Source: Thermodesulfobacteriota bacterium (lineage in GTDB: Bacteria > DASVDK01). From it: a DNA stretch of 64,000 bases. A model generated the notes under the pieces. That model saw nothing but the letters and a program-made list of their open reading frames with translations. It was not told where the DNA came from and did no database searches. This document shows, piece by piece, positions 10,123 through 19,118 of the stretch. The stretch covers positions 6,104 through 70,103 of the forward strand of contig DASVDK010000177.1 in the NCBI GenBank assembly GCA_036381125.1, written 5' to 3'. Numbering within the stretch: the first letter of the stretch is position 1; each line of letters starts with the position of its first letter. A program made the translations under genes and the position numbers.

Positions 10123-11562
10123 ATGCCGCTGGCTCGAGACCCCGACGTCTGTTTCCTTTCCGCCGGCGACCTCGTGCGCCGCTTTCGCGCCAGGCGCCTG
10201 TCGCCGACGGAGGTCGTGCAGGCGGTCCTCGCCCGGATCGACGCCCTGAACCCCCGACTCTGCGCGATGGTGACCGTGGACCGGGAGGGGGCGCTCGCCG
10301 CGGCCCGGCGAGCCACGGCGGCGCTCGGGCGAGGCCGTGCGCTGCCGCCGCTGCACGGCGTGCCGGTCACCGTCAAGGACGTGATCCCGACCAGGGGCAT
10401 GCGCACGACCTGGGGCTCCAGGATCTACGAGCGCCACGTCCCCGACGAGGACGCGCTCGTCGTCGAGCGGCTCAGGGCGGCCGGCGCCATCGTGATCGGC
10501 AAGACCAACACGCCGGAGTTCGCCGCGGGCGCCAACACGTTCAACGCCGTCTTCGGCGCCACGCGGAACCCGTGGGATCTCCGGCTCACCTGCGGCGGCT
10601 CGAGCGGTGGGGCCGCCGTCGCGCTCGCGACCGGCATGGGGCCGCTCGCGCTCGGCAGCGACCTCGGCGGCTCGCTCCGCATCCCGGCGGCCTTCTGCGG
10701 CGTCGTCGGCTTCCGGCCCACGCCGGGCCTCGTGCCCGTCTACCCGACGGTCCTCGCGTGGGACACGTTGAGCGTGCAGGGGCCCATGGCGCGTACCGTC
10801 GACGACGCCGCGCGCCTCCTGGCCGTCATCGCCGGGCCGGACGACCGCGCCCCGATCTCCTATCCGGTGGACCCGCGCGAGTTCCTCCGGGCCGTGCGCT
10901 CGCCGTCCGTGCGCGGCTGGCGGGTGGCGTTCAGCGCCGACCTGAACGGGCTCGTCCCGATGGACCCGGAGGTGGCGAGCGTGGCCGAGGGCGCGATCGC
11001 CGTCTTCCGCTCGCTCGGCGCCCGCGTCGAGAGGGGGGCGCCGGACTTCGACGGCCTCCACGAGATCGTGCTCGCCACCCGCGGCCTGTCCATGGTGGCC
11101 CGGCACGCGGAGAAGCTGCCGCGCTGGCGCGACGAGATGCAGGCCGGGCTCGTGCGGAACATCGAGCAGGGTCTCTCGCTCGACCCGTCGACCATCGGTC
11201 GGGCCGAGCGGCTGCGGACGGCGCTCTGGCATCGCGTGCGGGCCTTCATGGCGGAGCGAGACCTCCTGCTCCTGCCGACCACCTCGCTGCCCCCTTTCCC
11301 GGTGGAGCAGCCGTACCCGACCGAGGTCGCCGGCCGCCGGCTCGAGACCTACGTCCAGTGGATCTACCCGACCTACGCGGTCTCGGTCGTCGGCCTGCCG
11401 GCCATATCGGTGCCGTGCGGCTTCACGCGGGGGGGGCTGCCGGTCGGCCTGCAGATCGTCGGCCGTCGCATGCAGGACGCGGCCGTGCTGCGGGCCGCCG
11501 CCGCCTTCGAGCGGGCGGCGCCGTGGGCCGGCGCCGTGCCGCCGGTCGTGCGCGGCGCGTGA
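10123..11562 (+). CDS. amidase (amidase-signature family)
   Basis: GGSSGGAAVALATG and GSDLGGSLRIPAAFCGVVGFRPT signature motifs. ATG at 10123 with a ggagg SD. Confidence 0.85.
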   Translation: MPLARDPDVCFLSAGDLVRRFRARRLSPTEVVQAVLARIDALNPRLCAMVTVDREGALAAARRATAALGRGRALPPLHGVPVTVKDVIPTRGMRTTWGSRIYERHVPDEDALVVERLRAAGAIVIGKTNTPEFAAGANTFNAVFGATRNPWDLRLTCGGSSGGAAVALATGMGPLALGSDLGGSLRIPAAFCGVVGFRPTPGLVPVYPTVLAWDTLSVQGPMARTVDDAARLLAVIAGPDDRAPISYPVDPREFLRAVRSPSVRGWRVAFSADLNGLVPMDPEVASVAEGAIAVFRSLGARVERGAPDFDGLHEIVLATRGLSMVARHAEKLPRWRDEMQAGLVRNIEQGLSLDPSTIGRAERLRTALWHRVRAFMAERDLLLLPTTSLPPFPVEQPYPTEVAGRRLETYVQWIYPTYAVSVVGLPAISVPCGFTRGGLPVGLQIVGRRMQDAAVLRAAAAFERAAPWAGAVPPVVRGA

Positions 11563-11568
11563 CGGCTC

Positions 11569-12279
11569 GTGCTCCGCCTTCTCCTCGCCGACCCGGACCT
11601 GGCCGAGACGGTGGCGCGGGCCCGTCTCTTCCGCAATCAGCCGAACGCGCGCATCGTGTCGGCGCGCGGTCGGGCCGAGCTGCTCTCCGCGGCGAGGAGC
11701 GAGCGACCGCAGCTCGTCGCCGTGGACGCCGACCTCTACCGGAGCCGGATCGACGACCTCGTGCGCACCCTGCGCCGCGTGCCGGTCCTGCGATCCGTCC
11801 CGATCATCGTGACCACGGCGAAGTGGCGCGAGTCGTTGCAGGAGCTGCTGCTCGGCGCCGGCGCCAACGCGCTCCTCGTCAAGCCGGTGCGCGTGCAGCA
11901 GATCTACGATCTCGTTCGCGCCGCCGGGCCGGCCATGGCCCTCGACGTCCGCGTGCCGGTCGGCGCCGAGGCGGCCTTCCGGGTGGGGAATCGGGAGCGG
12001 CGGGGGCGGATCGTGAACGTGTCCAGGGGCGGCCTCTACCTCGAGTGCGAGGCGCCGCCGGCCGTGGGGACGCGCGTGCGGGTGGCGCTGTCGCTGCCGG
12101 CCTTCACGAACGTCGTGCAGATCGACGGCGTCGTCACCTGGACCAACGACGGCCGGACCGCCGCCGTCTCCCACGTCCCGCGCGGGGTGGGCGTCAGGTT
12201 CGTCGACGCGCCGCTCGTGGCGCGCAAGACGATCGCGCTCTACGTCTCGATGTCGAAGACGGTCGTCCGGGTGACGTAG
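11569..12279 (+). CDS. response regulator receiver domain fused to a PilZ (c-di-GMP binding) domain
   Basis: REC features: acidic pocket, D in QLVAVDADL, T in IIVTTAKW, K in LLVKP. PilZ motifs RERRGR (RxxxR) and NVSRGG (D/NxSxxG). GTG start follows the amidase stop by 6 nt. Confidence 0.75.
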   Translation: MLRLLLADPDLAETVARARLFRNQPNARIVSARGRAELLSAARSERPQLVAVDADLYRSRIDDLVRTLRRVPVLRSVPIIVTTAKWRESLQELLLGAGANALLVKPVRVQQIYDLVRAAGPAMALDVRVPVGAEAAFRVGNRERRGRIVNVSRGGLYLECEAPPAVGTRVRVALSLPAFTNVVQIDGVVTWTNDGRTAAVSHVPRGVGVRFVDAPLVARKTIALYVSMSKTVVRVT

Positions 12280-12345
12280 GCCCCCGCCGGATGAGACGCG
12301 CGAAACCGCGCGGACGCCGCCCGGCGCGCCGCGTATGATCGTCGC

Positions 12346-13053
12346 ATGAGGATCGAGGACCGACTTGCCGCGTACGACTGGGCCGCCGTCGAGCGGAGCC
12401 TCGCCGAGCGGGGCTACGCCCGCCTTCCCGGCCTGCTCACGCCCGACGAATGCGCCGGCGTCGCCGCCCTGCACGGCGATGCCGGCCGCTTCCGCAGCCG
12501 CATCGACATGGCTCGCTACCGCTTCGGCGTCGGCGAGTACGGGTACTTCGCCCAGCCGCTGCCGCCGATCGTCCAGGCGCTCCGCACGCACGCCTACACG
12601 CCCCTCTCGGCGGTGGCGAACCGCTGGATGGCGGCCCTCGGCGGCCGGGAGCGCTTTCCCGGCGACCTCGAGACCTTCCTGGCCCGCTGTCGCGCCAGGG
12701 GCCAGCGGCAGCCGACGCCGCTCCTGCTGCGCTACGAGGCGGGCGGCTACAACTGCCTGCACCAGGACCTCTACGGCGACGTGGCGTTCCCGCTGCAGAT
12801 CGCCATCGTCCTCTCGCGACGGGACGTGGACTACGAGGGCGGGGAGTTCCTGCTCGTCGAGCAGCGGCCGCGGGCCCAGTCCCGCGGCGAGGCGATCGCG
12901 GTCGACCAGGGAGAGGGGATCGTCTTCACGACGCGCTACCGCCCGGCCCAGGGAGCCCGGGGCGCCTACCGGGTGAGCGTGCGCCACGGCGTCAGCACGA
13001 TCCGCCGCGGCGTCCGCTTCACCCTCGGCATCATCTTCCACGACGGGAAGTGA
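12346..13053 (+). CDS. 2OG-Fe(II) oxygenase family protein
   Basis: HQD…H-type jelly-roll motifs (NCLHQDLYGD, VSVRHGVSTI) and overall similarity to prolyl-hydroxylase-like oxygenases. Confidence 0.7.
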   Translation: MRIEDRLAAYDWAAVERSLAERGYARLPGLLTPDECAGVAALHGDAGRFRSRIDMARYRFGVGEYGYFAQPLPPIVQALRTHAYTPLSAVANRWMAALGGRERFPGDLETFLARCRARGQRQPTPLLLRYEAGGYNCLHQDLYGDVAFPLQIAIVLSRRDVDYEGGEFLLVEQRPRAQSRGEAIAVDQGEGIVFTTRYRPAQGARGAYRVSVRHGVSTIRRGVRFTLGIIFHDGK

Positions 13054-13160
13054 TCCGTTCGCACCCGAGCGCCGCTCCGCTCCGGCCCGAGCGAGTGGCG
13101 GAATGGCGAGGTCGCGCCGCGTCGGCGGCGCGACGTGCCGTGGCCCGTGACGACCGGACG

Positions 13161-13415
13161 CTAGCGCCCGCCGCCGTGGTCGAGGTCGTAGGGGGCGGGG
13201 CGCGAGACCAGCCGGACCGCGTCGAGCCGGGCCGGCGCCTGGGCCGAGTCGATCTCGCCGTTGACGATGCGGCCGGCGCCCGGCAGCGGCGCGGGCGCGC
13301 TCACGACCTGCACCGGGGCGTCCTTCTCCATGGCGACCTCGTCCATCGCGCCGGCGAACGCCGGGGTGGCCGAGAGGGTGACGAGCGCGGCGGCGGCAAA
13401 GAGCAGGGGCTTCAT
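13161..13415 (-). CDS. small secreted protein, paralog A (84 aa)
   Basis: Signal peptide MKPLLFAAAALVTLSATPAFAGA. A strong SD aggaaggag precedes the start. Paralogous to 17827..18084 (shared PLP/AGxxVNGExD core). Confidence 0.6.
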   Translation of the reverse strand: MKPLLFAAAALVTLSATPAFAGAMDEVAMEKDAPVQVVSAPAPLPGAGRIVNGEIDSAQAPARLDAVRLVSRPAPYDLDHGGGR

Positions 13416-13685
13416 GGCGGGGCTCCTTCCTCGTATCGGGGGCGCGGCCTGCACGACCGCGCCGCGTGATCTCCTGCGCGGGAGCGAGAGCAGGAGCCGT
13501 GCCGGTCCCGGTGCGCGGGGCGGGAGACGGTCGAAAAGGGACGTGCGGACGAGGAGTTGCGGAGATGTCGCCGGTGCGGCCCGGCCGCGGCGACCGCGCC
13601 GCGGCCGGCGGCGTGCTTCACGCTGCAACGCGAGTGCTCCAGATCGGATCAGGGGAGCCCGATCCGGATCGCCGACGGCGAGCCG

Positions 13686-14105
13686 CTACCGCGCGGCGTA
13701 CCGGCGGGCGAGGTGGCCGGCGAGCATGCCGAGCGCGTAGAGGAGGCTCGAGGCGCTCCACCAGAAGACGAGCCCCCCGATCCAGAACGTGGCGCCCGCG
13801 TCCTCGGGGACGCGCGCGGCGGCGCTCCCCGGGTCGAGCATCGCCGGCACGAAGCGGAACGCGACGAGGACCAGGGAGGCGCCCCAGCCGAAGCCGAGGA
13901 CCTCCCGGAACGTGCGCAGGCGGATGCCGAAGGCGAGGACGACCAGCAGGCGCGGCGCGAGGATCGCCGCCGCACCGGCTCCGAGCGGGTAGAGCACCTG
14001 CTCGCCGAGGACGATGGCCGCGGCCAGGGCGGCGAGGCTCGCGAGGAACCAGCCGACCGGGAAGGGGGCCTCCGGGGGGGGCGCGCCCCCGGTCGGACCG
14101 GACAC
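13686..14105 (-). CDS. small hypothetical membrane protein (about 139 aa, 4 predicted TM)
   Basis: Hydrophobic ORF whose GTG start abuts the ilvD stop (taGTG). Only this part of the 262 aa track ORF avoids overlapping ilvD. Confidence 0.45.
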   Translation of the reverse strand: MSGPTGGAPPPEAPFPVGWFLASLAALAAAIVLGEQVLYPLGAGAAAILAPRLLVVLAFGIRLRTFREVLGFGWGASLVLVAFRFVPAMLDPGSAAARVPEDAGATFWIGGLVFWWSASSLLYALGMLAGHLARRYAAR

Positions 14106-15784
14106 TAGCCGGTCACCGCCCCTTCGGACGCGGACGACACGAGCTTCGCGTACTTCGCGAGCACGCCGGTCGTGTACATCGGCTTCGGCGGCTTCACCGC
14201 CTTGAGGCGGCGCTTGAGCTCGGCGGCGGAGAGCTCCACGTCGAGCCGCCGCTTCTTGATGTCGATCGCGATGACGTCGCCGTTCCTGATCGCGGCGATC
14301 GGTCCCCCGTCGGCCGCCTCGGGCGCCACGTGGGCGATCATGAAGCCGTGCGTGGCCCCGGAGAAGCGTCCGTCGGTGATGAGGGCGACCGAGCCGCCGA
14401 GGCCGGCCCCCTGCAGGGCGGCGGTCACGTGCAGCATCTCGCGCATGCCGGGGCCTCCCTTCGGCCCCTCCCACCGGATGACGACCACGTCACCCGGCTT
14501 GATCTTGCCCGCCTTCACCGCCGCGAAGGCGTCCTCCTCGCGCTCGAAGACGCGGGCGGGGCCGCGGTGGGCGTCGCGGCTCTGGCCCGAGACCTTCGCC
14601 ACGCACCCGTCGGGGGCGAGGTTGCCCCTGAGGATGACGAGGCCGCCGTAGCTCTTGAGCGGCTGGTCGACGGGGCGGATGACCGTCTGCCCCTCGGGCT
14701 CGCGCGCCGCGCGCGCCTCCTCGCCGATCGTCCGGCCCGTGACCGTCTTCTCGTCGGGGTGGAGGAGGCCCGCCTCGAGCAGGCGCTTCGCCACGACCGC
14801 CATGCCGCCCGCCTCGTACATCTCCGGCGCGGTGTAGCGGCCCCACGGCTTCATGTCGGCGAGGACCGGCACCTTGCGGGCGATGCGGTCGAAGTCGTCG
14901 ATGGAGAGCCTGACGCCCGCTTCGCGCGCGACGGCGAGGAGGTGCAGGACGGCGTTCGTGGAGCCGCCGGTCGCCATCACGCCGGCGATCGCGTTGAAGA
15001 GCGCCTTGCGGGTGATGATCTGCCGCGGGAGCAGGCCGCTCCTCAGCACCTCCATCATGATCCGACCGGTCTCGAACGCCGCGCCGCCCTTGTCCTTGTG
15101 GAGCGCGGGGACGCCGTTGGCGCCCATGGGCGACACGCCGAGCATCTCGAACGCGGTCGCCATCGTGTTGGCCGTGAACTGGCCGCCGCACGCCCCGGCG
15201 CCGGGGCAGGCCCGGCTCTCGATCTCGCCGAGTTCGCAGGCGTCGATCCGCTTCGCGTTGTACGACCCGATCGCCTCGAAGACGTCCTGGATCGTGAGCC
15301 GCCGGTCCTTGTACTCCCCGTACATGATCGAGCCGCCGTAGAGCAGGACCGACGGGATGTTCAGGCGCGCCATGGCCATGGCCATGCCCGGGATGGTCTT
15401 GTCGCAGCCGGCGATGCCGACGAACCCGTCGAGCCCGTGACCACGCACCACCAGCTCCACGGAGTCGGCGACCAGCTCCCGGCTGACGAGGGACGCCTTC
15501 ATCGCCTGGGTACCCATGGAGATGGCGTCGTTCACCGAGATCGTGTTGAACTCGATCGGCGTGCCGCCGTTCGCGCGGATGCCGTCCTTCACCTTCTCGG
15601 CCACCGCCCGGTGGTTGAAGTTGCAGGGGGCGATCTCGATCCAGCAGTGCGCGACCCCCACCAGGGGCTTGCGGAGGTCGTCGTCGGTGAAGCCGATCGC
15701 CTTGAACATGGCTCGGGCGGCCGCGCGGTCCGCGCCGTCGAGCAGGACACGGCTCTTGTGCCGGGCGTCGAAGGCCACGGTCAC
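14105..15784 (-). CDS. ilvD: dihydroxy-acid dehydratase
   Basis: 559 aa with the CPGAGACGG Fe-S cluster motif. Full-length and recognised as IlvD along its whole length. Confidence 0.95.
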   Translation of the reverse strand: MTVAFDARHKSRVLLDGADRAAARAMFKAIGFTDDDLRKPLVGVAHCWIEIAPCNFNHRAVAEKVKDGIRANGGTPIEFNTISVNDAISMGTQAMKASLVSRELVADSVELVVRGHGLDGFVGIAGCDKTIPGMAMAMARLNIPSVLLYGGSIMYGEYKDRRLTIQDVFEAIGSYNAKRIDACELGEIESRACPGAGACGGQFTANTMATAFEMLGVSPMGANGVPALHKDKGGAAFETGRIMMEVLRSGLLPRQIITRKALFNAIAGVMATGGSTNAVLHLLAVAREAGVRLSIDDFDRIARKVPVLADMKPWGRYTAPEMYEAGGMAVVAKRLLEAGLLHPDEKTVTGRTIGEEARAAREPEGQTVIRPVDQPLKSYGGLVILRGNLAPDGCVAKVSGQSRDAHRGPARVFEREEDAFAAVKAGKIKPGDVVVIRWEGPKGGPGMREMLHVTAALQGAGLGGSVALITDGRFSGATHGFMIAHVAPEAADGGPIAAIRNGDVIAIDIKKRRLDVELSAAELKRRLKAVKPPKPMYTTGVLAKYAKLVSSASEGAVTG

Positions 15785-15847
15785 ACCTCCCGTCGTGAGA
15801 AATGGTGGCTGCGGGGAAAACGCCGGAATTCTAGCACCAGGCGGGGC

Positions 15848-16774
15848 TCACGCGACGCTCGCCGGGTCGGTGTTGCCGCCGCAGACGAGGACGGCCACCC
15901 GCTCGCCGGCGCCCGGCCGGTAGGCCCCCGACGTCACGGCGGCCAGCGCCGCGGCGCCGCCCGGCTCCGCCACCACCCGGAGCGCCTCCCAGAGGGCGCG
16001 CTGGGCGGCGCGGATCGCCTCGTCGTCGACGAGCACCACCCGCTCGACGTGCGCCCGGGCCAGCGCGAACGCGAGGTCACCAACGCGCCTGGCGCCGAGG
16101 CTGTCGGCCGCGATCCCGCCCACCTCCACGTCCACCGGCCTGCCCACCGCCAGCGCCGCGTGCAGGGTTGGGGCCCGGACCGGCTCGACCCCGATCACGC
16201 GCACCCGGCCGGCGAACCAGGCGGCGGCGCCCGCGACGAGGCCGCCGCCCCCGACGGCGACGACCACCGTGTCGAGCCCGCCGGCCTGCCGGTCGAGTTC
16301 TCGGAACAGGGTCCCCTGGCCGGCCACGACCTCCGGCTGGTCGTAGGCGTGGACCACCAGGGCGCCGCTCTCCGCGGCCCGCCGGTCGGAGGCGGCCTTG
16401 GCGTCGGCGTAGGTCGCGCCGGTGACCGTCACGGCCGCGCCGTAGCGCCGGAGCCGCTCGACCTTCACGGGCGAGGCGACCTCCGGGACGAAGATCTCCG
16501 CCCGGTGGCCGAGCACGCGGGCCGCCCAGGCCACGGCCGCGCCGTGGTTTCCGCCGGAGGCGGCGATGACGCCGGCCGCCGGCACCTCGGCCGAGAGGAT
16601 CCGGTTCAGGGCGCCGCGCGGCTTGAAGGAGCCGGTGTGCTGGAGCGACTCGAGCTTGAGGACGAGCGGCGCGGCCGCGCCCAGGGCCCCTCCCTCCAGC
16701 GCGATCACGGGGGTCTCGCGCACGCGGCCGGCGATGCGATGCGCGGCCGCGTCGATGGCGTCTCGATCGACCAT
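15848..16774 (-). CDS. PLP-dependent threonine/serine dehydratase
   Basis: PLP lysine motif in ESLQHTGSFKPRGAL, plus the GGGGLVAG glycine loop. Confidence 0.85.
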   Translation of the reverse strand: MVDRDAIDAAAHRIAGRVRETPVIALEGGALGAAAPLVLKLESLQHTGSFKPRGALNRILSAEVPAAGVIAASGGNHGAAVAWAARVLGHRAEIFVPEVASPVKVERLRRYGAAVTVTGATYADAKAASDRRAAESGALVVHAYDQPEVVAGQGTLFRELDRQAGGLDTVVVAVGGGGLVAGAAAWFAGRVRVIGVEPVRAPTLHAALAVGRPVDVEVGGIAADSLGARRVGDLAFALARAHVERVVLVDDEAIRAAQRALWEALRVVAEPGGAAALAAVTSGAYRPGAGERVAVLVCGGNTDPASVA

Positions 16775-16838
16775 GCGGCTAGCCTAGCGCGGGTTCGGCC
16801 TGCTAGACTCCGCCACCGCGCGCCCGAGGAGGAGGACC

Positions 16839-17645
16839 ATGGTCGAACTCTGTCGCCGCATCGCCGAACATCCGGCGTTCCAGCACGTGATCCTGGTGGT
16901 CATCCTCGTCAACGCCGTCGTGATCGGCTTCGAGACGTCGCCCGCGGTCATGGCCCGGTGGGGCGGGTTCCTGCTCGGGCTCGGCACGGCGATCCAGGCG
17001 CTCTTCGTCGTGGAGATCCTCGTTCGCCTCGTCGCCTACTGGCCGCGGCTCGGCCGCTTCTTCACCGACGGCTGGAACGTCTTCGACTTCCTCGTCGTCG
17101 CGATCTCGCTCGCGCCGCAGGCCGGCCCGTTCTCGACCGTGGTCAGGCTCGCGCGGGTGCTGCGCGTCGCGCGCCTGCTGTCGGTGGTGCCGGAGCTGCG
17201 GCTCATCATCGGCACGATGCTCCGCTCGATCCCCTCCATGGGGCACGTGATCGCGCTCCTGTCGCTCCTCCTGTACATCTACGCCGTCGTCGGCTTCTAC
17301 CTCTTCGGCCGTCACGACCCGTCCCACTGGGGTTCGCTCTCGCAGGCCTTCCTCACTCTCTTCCAGATGCTCACGCTCGAGGGGTGGGTGGAGATCCAGG
17401 CGACCAGCATGGAGGCGGTGCCGCTCGCCTGGATCTACTACGCGAGCTTCGTCGTGGTCGCGGTCTTCGTCGTGATCAACCTGTTCATCGCGGTCGTCCT
17501 CAACAACCTCGAGCGGGCGAAGGACGAGGAGCAGGCGGAAGCCGACCGCAAGAGCCCGCAGGGCGCGCTCATCGAGCAGGTCGAGCGGCTCAAGGCCGAG
17601 CTCGCGCGGCTCGAGCGGGACCTGAGGGCGTCGGGGAGGTCCTGA
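16839..17645 (+). CDS. bacterial voltage-gated ion channel (BacNaV/NaChBac family), selectivity filter TLEGWVE
   Basis: 6TM architecture. S4 sensor VRLARVLRVARLL has Arg at every third position. The pore helix and filter read FQMLTLEGWVEIQ, and a C-terminal coiled-coil is present (ERLKAELARLERDLRA). Confidence 0.85.
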   Translation: MVELCRRIAEHPAFQHVILVVILVNAVVIGFETSPAVMARWGGFLLGLGTAIQALFVVEILVRLVAYWPRLGRFFTDGWNVFDFLVVAISLAPQAGPFSTVVRLARVLRVARLLSVVPELRLIIGTMLRSIPSMGHVIALLSLLLYIYAVVGFYLFGRHDPSHWGSLSQAFLTLFQMLTLEGWVEIQATSMEAVPLAWIYYASFVVVAVFVVINLFIAVVLNNLERAKDEEQAEADRKSPQGALIEQVERLKAELARLERDLRASGRS

Positions 17646-17826
17646 CTCCGGGGGGCGCGCTCGCCTCGTCCTCGTCGGCGAGGCGTTCCGTGCGATGCAG
17701 GCCCGTCGCTTCCGGGCGTCGGCGCTCCGATCTCCGGATGATGGCCCGTCAGTCACGCGGCCCGAGATCACCGATCTCCGCGACCCGGCGCCCGTCGTCG
17801 TGCGGGTGGAGAGCCCCCCGAGGGAT

Positions 17827-18084
17827 TTACCGGTCGCGATCGGTCGCCGGGCGCAGGTCGCTCGGGTACGTCGCCACGCGCTTGCGTTCCGCGCGGGACG
17901 GGGCGCCGGAGCCGTCGCTCTCGCCGTTCACCGTCTTGCCGGCCGGCATGGCCAGGGGCGAGGGGGCGGCGGTCTCGATTACCATGCGCCGGTCCCGGGC
18001 GATCTCCTCGATGGGCCTGGCGGCGGCAGGCGTGGCGGCGATGGCCGCGAGCGCGACGGCAAGCGCGACGAACGGGGTCTTCAT
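17827..18084 (-). CDS. small secreted protein, paralog B (85 aa)
   Basis: Signal peptide MKTPFVALAVALAAIAATPAAA. The core PLAMPAGKTVNGESDGSGAPSRAE aligns with paralog A. ATG inferred at 18084 inside the 143 aa track ORF. Confidence 0.6.
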   Translation of the reverse strand: MKTPFVALAVALAAIAATPAAARPIEEIARDRRMVIETAAPSPLAMPAGKTVNGESDGSGAPSRAERKRVATYPSDLRPATDRDR

Positions 18085-18530
18085 GGCGGCGGTCCTCGGG
18101 GAGGTACGCCCGCCCGGGGAGCATGCTTCGTGCCGGGGCGGGCAGTCACGCAAGAAATCGAAGAGAGACGGCCGCTTACGTGACACTCCTGTGAGGATCG
18201 CGGACTTCCCGCTGCGGCACGGCATTGCGAAACGGAACGACGCCCGCTCCACATGCAACAGAGCCTCGGCCCTCCGAATCGGAGCCTGCGTCGATCAGGG
18301 GCGGAAGCGCTGTACATTGGAGCCTCGCGAAGGTCCACATGGGACGATCGGAGTGACCGTATGGCCTGCGAGACGCCTTTCGTGCCCGCTTCTGGGGGCT
18401 CGTGTGCGATCGCTGGCGCGCGTGGAGCATCGGAGAAGCGCCCGTGTCCCTCTCCGAACTGGATCCCGAGATCGTCGCCGAACACGGTCCCGTGAATGCC
18501 AGCTTGCCGAGGCTCGTCCAGGCGCGGCCG

Positions 18531-19118
18531 CTACCCGGCCTGGAGGAGCCGCACGGCCCGCCCTTCTCGTGCGATCCGCCCCTCGGCCTCGAGCGCGGCG
18601 AGGGTCCGGTAGAGCGCTTCGTGCGTGAGGCCGATCTCGGCCGCGACCTGCTTGAGCGGACGATCGCCGCCGATCGCGCCGCGCGGGGCCAGGGCGAGGT
18701 ACTGGAGGACGCGCGCCCGCGCCGATCGGACGTTGCGCAGCTCGAGGCGCGCACGGAGCACCTGGATCTGCGCCGCCATCTGCCGCATGAAGCCTTCGGC
18801 GACCTCCGGGTCCGCGCGCAGGGCGCGCCTCACGGCCGCCCGGGGCAGCACCGCGACGCGCGAGGGGACCTCGGCCACGGCGTCGCAGTGGTAGCGGTCG
18901 GAGAAGAGCGCCGCCTCGGCGAACGTCTCGCCCGGGCGAGCCACGTGCACCGTCACGCCGACCCCCTCGCTCGTGTGCCGGACGAGCAGCACCCGCCCCG
19001 CCTCGACCACGAAGATCGCGGTCGTCGCGTACCCCTGTCGGAAGAGGGCTTCTCCGGCCGCGAGGTCGCGCCGCCGCGCGGAGTCGAGGAGCGCGGCGAA
19101 GGGGTCGGCCGCCGTCAT
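18531..19118 (-). CDS. Crp/Fnr-family transcriptional regulator
   Basis: cNMP-binding domain followed by a C-terminal HTH (QVAAEIGLTHEALYRTLAALEAEG). ATG at 19118 overlaps the stop of the upstream decarboxylase (ATGA). Confidence 0.8.
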   Translation of the reverse strand: MTAADPFAALLDSARRRDLAAGEALFRQGYATTAIFVVEAGRVLLVRHTSEGVGVTVHVARPGETFAEAALFSDRYHCDAVAEVPSRVAVLPRAAVRRALRADPEVAEGFMRQMAAQIQVLRARLELRNVRSARARVLQYLALAPRGAIGGDRPLKQVAAEIGLTHEALYRTLAALEAEGRIAREGRAVRLLQAG

